Shown: piece after piece, positions 18,271 through 19,655 of the stretch
Layout: each line of letters starts with the position of its first letter
Position numbering within the stretch: the stretch's first letter is position 1
From: an uncultured Chloroflexia bacterium
GTDB lineage: Bacteria > Chloroflexota > Limnocylindria > Limnocylindrales > CSP1-4
NCBI GenBank assembly: GCA_963752475.1
Contig: CAVVYR010000003.1
Span: 1-19,655 of the forward strand
Direction: 5' to 3'
DNA: 19,655 nucleotides
Notes under the pieces: model-generated
Databases searched by the model: none
What the model was told of the DNA's origin: nothing
The model's input: only the letters and a program-made list of their open reading frames with translations
Program-made: the position numbers and the translations under genes

Positions 18271-18301
18271 AAAGACCCGCCCCTCTTGGAAGGGCGGGCC
18301 T
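18271..18301 (-). terminator. Putative intrinsic terminator of the RTX-repeat gene
   Basis: Minus strand AGGCCCGCCCTTC-CAA-GAGGGGCGGGTCT-TT: 13-bp GC-rich stem with a short U run, ~30 nt after the stop at 18330. Confidence 0.65.
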
Positions 18302-18329
18302 CTGTGTCTCTGCTTCGGCTTGGCTTCAA

Positions 18330-19301
18330 CTACGGGCTCAGGAAGTCCACGTCGAGGAAGTGATCGTCGCCGGTGCCAGGCACCGAACCGGTGTCCAGAT
18401 TCTCAAGGGCCTGGCTCGGTGACCCAGTAGTGACGCTGATCCGGTCGTTGCTCGCACCGGTGCGGTCGTCTATGTCCGAGGTACCGCCGGGTCCGGTCTC
18501 CAGGTACTGATCGTTATTGACTCCCGCAGTGCGCCAGAAGTTGTACGTGGTGCCGACCTCAGCCGTGACCGAGACCCGGTTCGTGGCGCCGGGGTTCACA
18601 GCAGTGATGATGTGGCTCCTGATTCGCCAAGGCTCCATCGTCTGGCGGATGCGCGCCGGGGCCGGCGTCGTGGCATCGAGCCTCGTTGGGTACTGGCCCA
18701 TGTTGATGGTGTCATTCACACTGACCCCACCGCTTCGGTCGGTGTCGACGATCTCGGCGATCATCACGTCGCTGCCGGCCTCGTAGGTGTGGTTCAGGTT
18801 GGCGTCGGTGTAGGCCACCACGAGCGTCGGGGGCGGGGGCGGGGGCGGGGCGGGCAGCTCGCAGTTCGCGCTCAGGCCCGAGCCGGTGCCCTGGAAGCAC
18901 TTGTCGACACTGAGCCCGCCGTTGAGCAGGTCGTCGCCCACCTGGCCCGCGAGGAAGTCGGGTCCCGGACCACCGTGGAGGCGGTCGTTGCCGAGCTGGC
19001 CCCAGAGGGTGTCGGCGCCGGGGCCACCGACGACGAGGTCGTTGCCGGTGCCGGCACAGATGAGGTCGTTGCCGCCTCGGCCGTAGATCCGGTCGTTGCC
19101 GCCCTTGGCGACGATGACGTCGCGTCGCGCGGTGCCGACGATGCGGTCGGCCTTGCGGGTGCCGACGATTGTGGCGACCTTGCCCTGGCACTTGGGCTTG
19201 GCTGCACTGGCGGGGCTCGCGACCGTCGCCGCGGTCATCGATGCCAGGACCGCGGCCGCGGTGACGACCGCCAGTACGTGGCGGAGTCGGGTGGTTCTCA
19301 T
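18330..19301 (-). CDS. Secreted calcium-binding protein with hemolysin-type (RTX) nonapeptide repeats, poly-Pro linker and a C-terminal domain of unknown function
   Basis: Signal peptide MRTTRLRHVLAVVTAAAVLASMTAATVASPASA; repeats KGGNDRIYG, RGGNDLICA, GTGNDLVVG, GPGADTLWG, QLGNDRLHG, GPGPDFLAG, QVGDDLLNG; PAPPPPPPP linker; GGGAGG upstream of ATG 19301. Confidence 0.9.
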   Translation of the reverse strand: MRTTRLRHVLAVVTAAAVLASMTAATVASPASAAKPKCQGKVATIVGTRKADRIVGTARRDVIVAKGGNDRIYGRGGNDLICAGTGNDLVVGGPGADTLWGQLGNDRLHGGPGPDFLAGQVGDDLLNGGLSVDKCFQGTGSGLSANCELPAPPPPPPPTLVVAYTDANLNHTYEAGSDVMIAEIVDTDRSGGVSVNDTINMGQYPTRLDATTPAPARIRQTMEPWRIRSHIITAVNPGATNRVSVTAEVGTTYNFWRTAGVNNDQYLETGPGGTSDIDDRTGASNDRISVTTGSPSQALENLDTGSVPGTGDDHFLDVDFLSP

Positions 19302-19435
19302 CGGTGTCTGGACCCTCCCAAACCTGCGTCGCTCCGGCAGCCCGGGAGTCAGGCGCCTGTGGCGACCAGCCATAGCGTAGCGGTATGTGCAAGCCCGTCG
19401 CTGGCCTTTTCGGGGGGGCTGCCAGCCCTGAGGTC

Positions 19436-19655
19436 CTATCCTCGGTGGTCGGGCGGTCGGACTCGAGTGCCATCTCCTTCGTCAGTCGATGCACGGGGCA
19501 AGTGCTTCATGGAACCCTGCAGTCCACGCGCCAGGACGTACATCGTGGCGGCTGGTTCCAGCGAGATCGAGCCAGCGTCGGCGTCTACATCTGACTCGAC
19601 ATCCAGCAGGTCCAGGGAGCCGGGCTCGAGCCTCGCGCTCAAGGAGGGGGCCTCG
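19436..19655 (-). CDS. Possible 3' end of a gene entering from the right edge (unknown product)
   Basis: The frame is open from 19654 (EAPSLSARLEPGSLDLLDVESDVDADAG...) to TAG 19436. GC3 is high until ~19496 and weaker afterwards. Confidence 0.4.
   Translation of the reverse strand, partial: EAPSLSARLEPGSLDLLDVESDVDADAGSISLEPAATMYVLARGLQGSMKHLPRASTDEGDGTRVRPPDHRG

Noticed and set aside
18712-19494. 260-aa Arg-rich minus ORF overlapping the RTX gene
   Set aside because: Off-frame reading of the RTX gene. Its first ~30 codons could be a frameshifted tail of the edge gene (CCCC near 19495-19498), but this cannot be supported from the window.

Overview
High-GC bacterial chromosomal window, mostly housekeeping and envelope genes. 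The several Sec-type '...AQD/AQE' secreted proteins and leaderless genes suggest a Chloroflexota/Actinomycetota-like organism (inference only). Gene order: (-) a large secreted surface protein missing from the ORF track, running off the left edge (signal peptide, ~270-codon AEEPK/KDEPK/AEEKK repeat stalk with compensating indels, Ig-like domain, acidic linker, Calx-beta domain); (-) pgm; (+) BMP-family nucleoside-type ABC importer (binding protein, ATPase, two permeases); a 124-nt rod-like structured intergenic RNA candidate (6S-like); (-) DAHP synthase aroF preceded by a DtxR-family regulator whose metal-binding residues are degenerate; (-) TetR + LolD/MacB-type ATPase + FtsX-type permease; (-) a frameshifted secreted protein; (+) a 671-aa uncharacterised protein with GT-A-like motifs; (-) a 168-aa hypothetical protein; (-) an RTX-repeat Ca-binding secreted protein; and a possible gene end at the right edge. 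I see no mobile element, CRISPR array, tRNA or rRNA. No clear multi-gene novel system is evident. The best leads are the degenerate DtxR-aroF pair, the candidate ncRNA, the repeat-stalk adhesin with its structured leader, and the GT-A-like protein.
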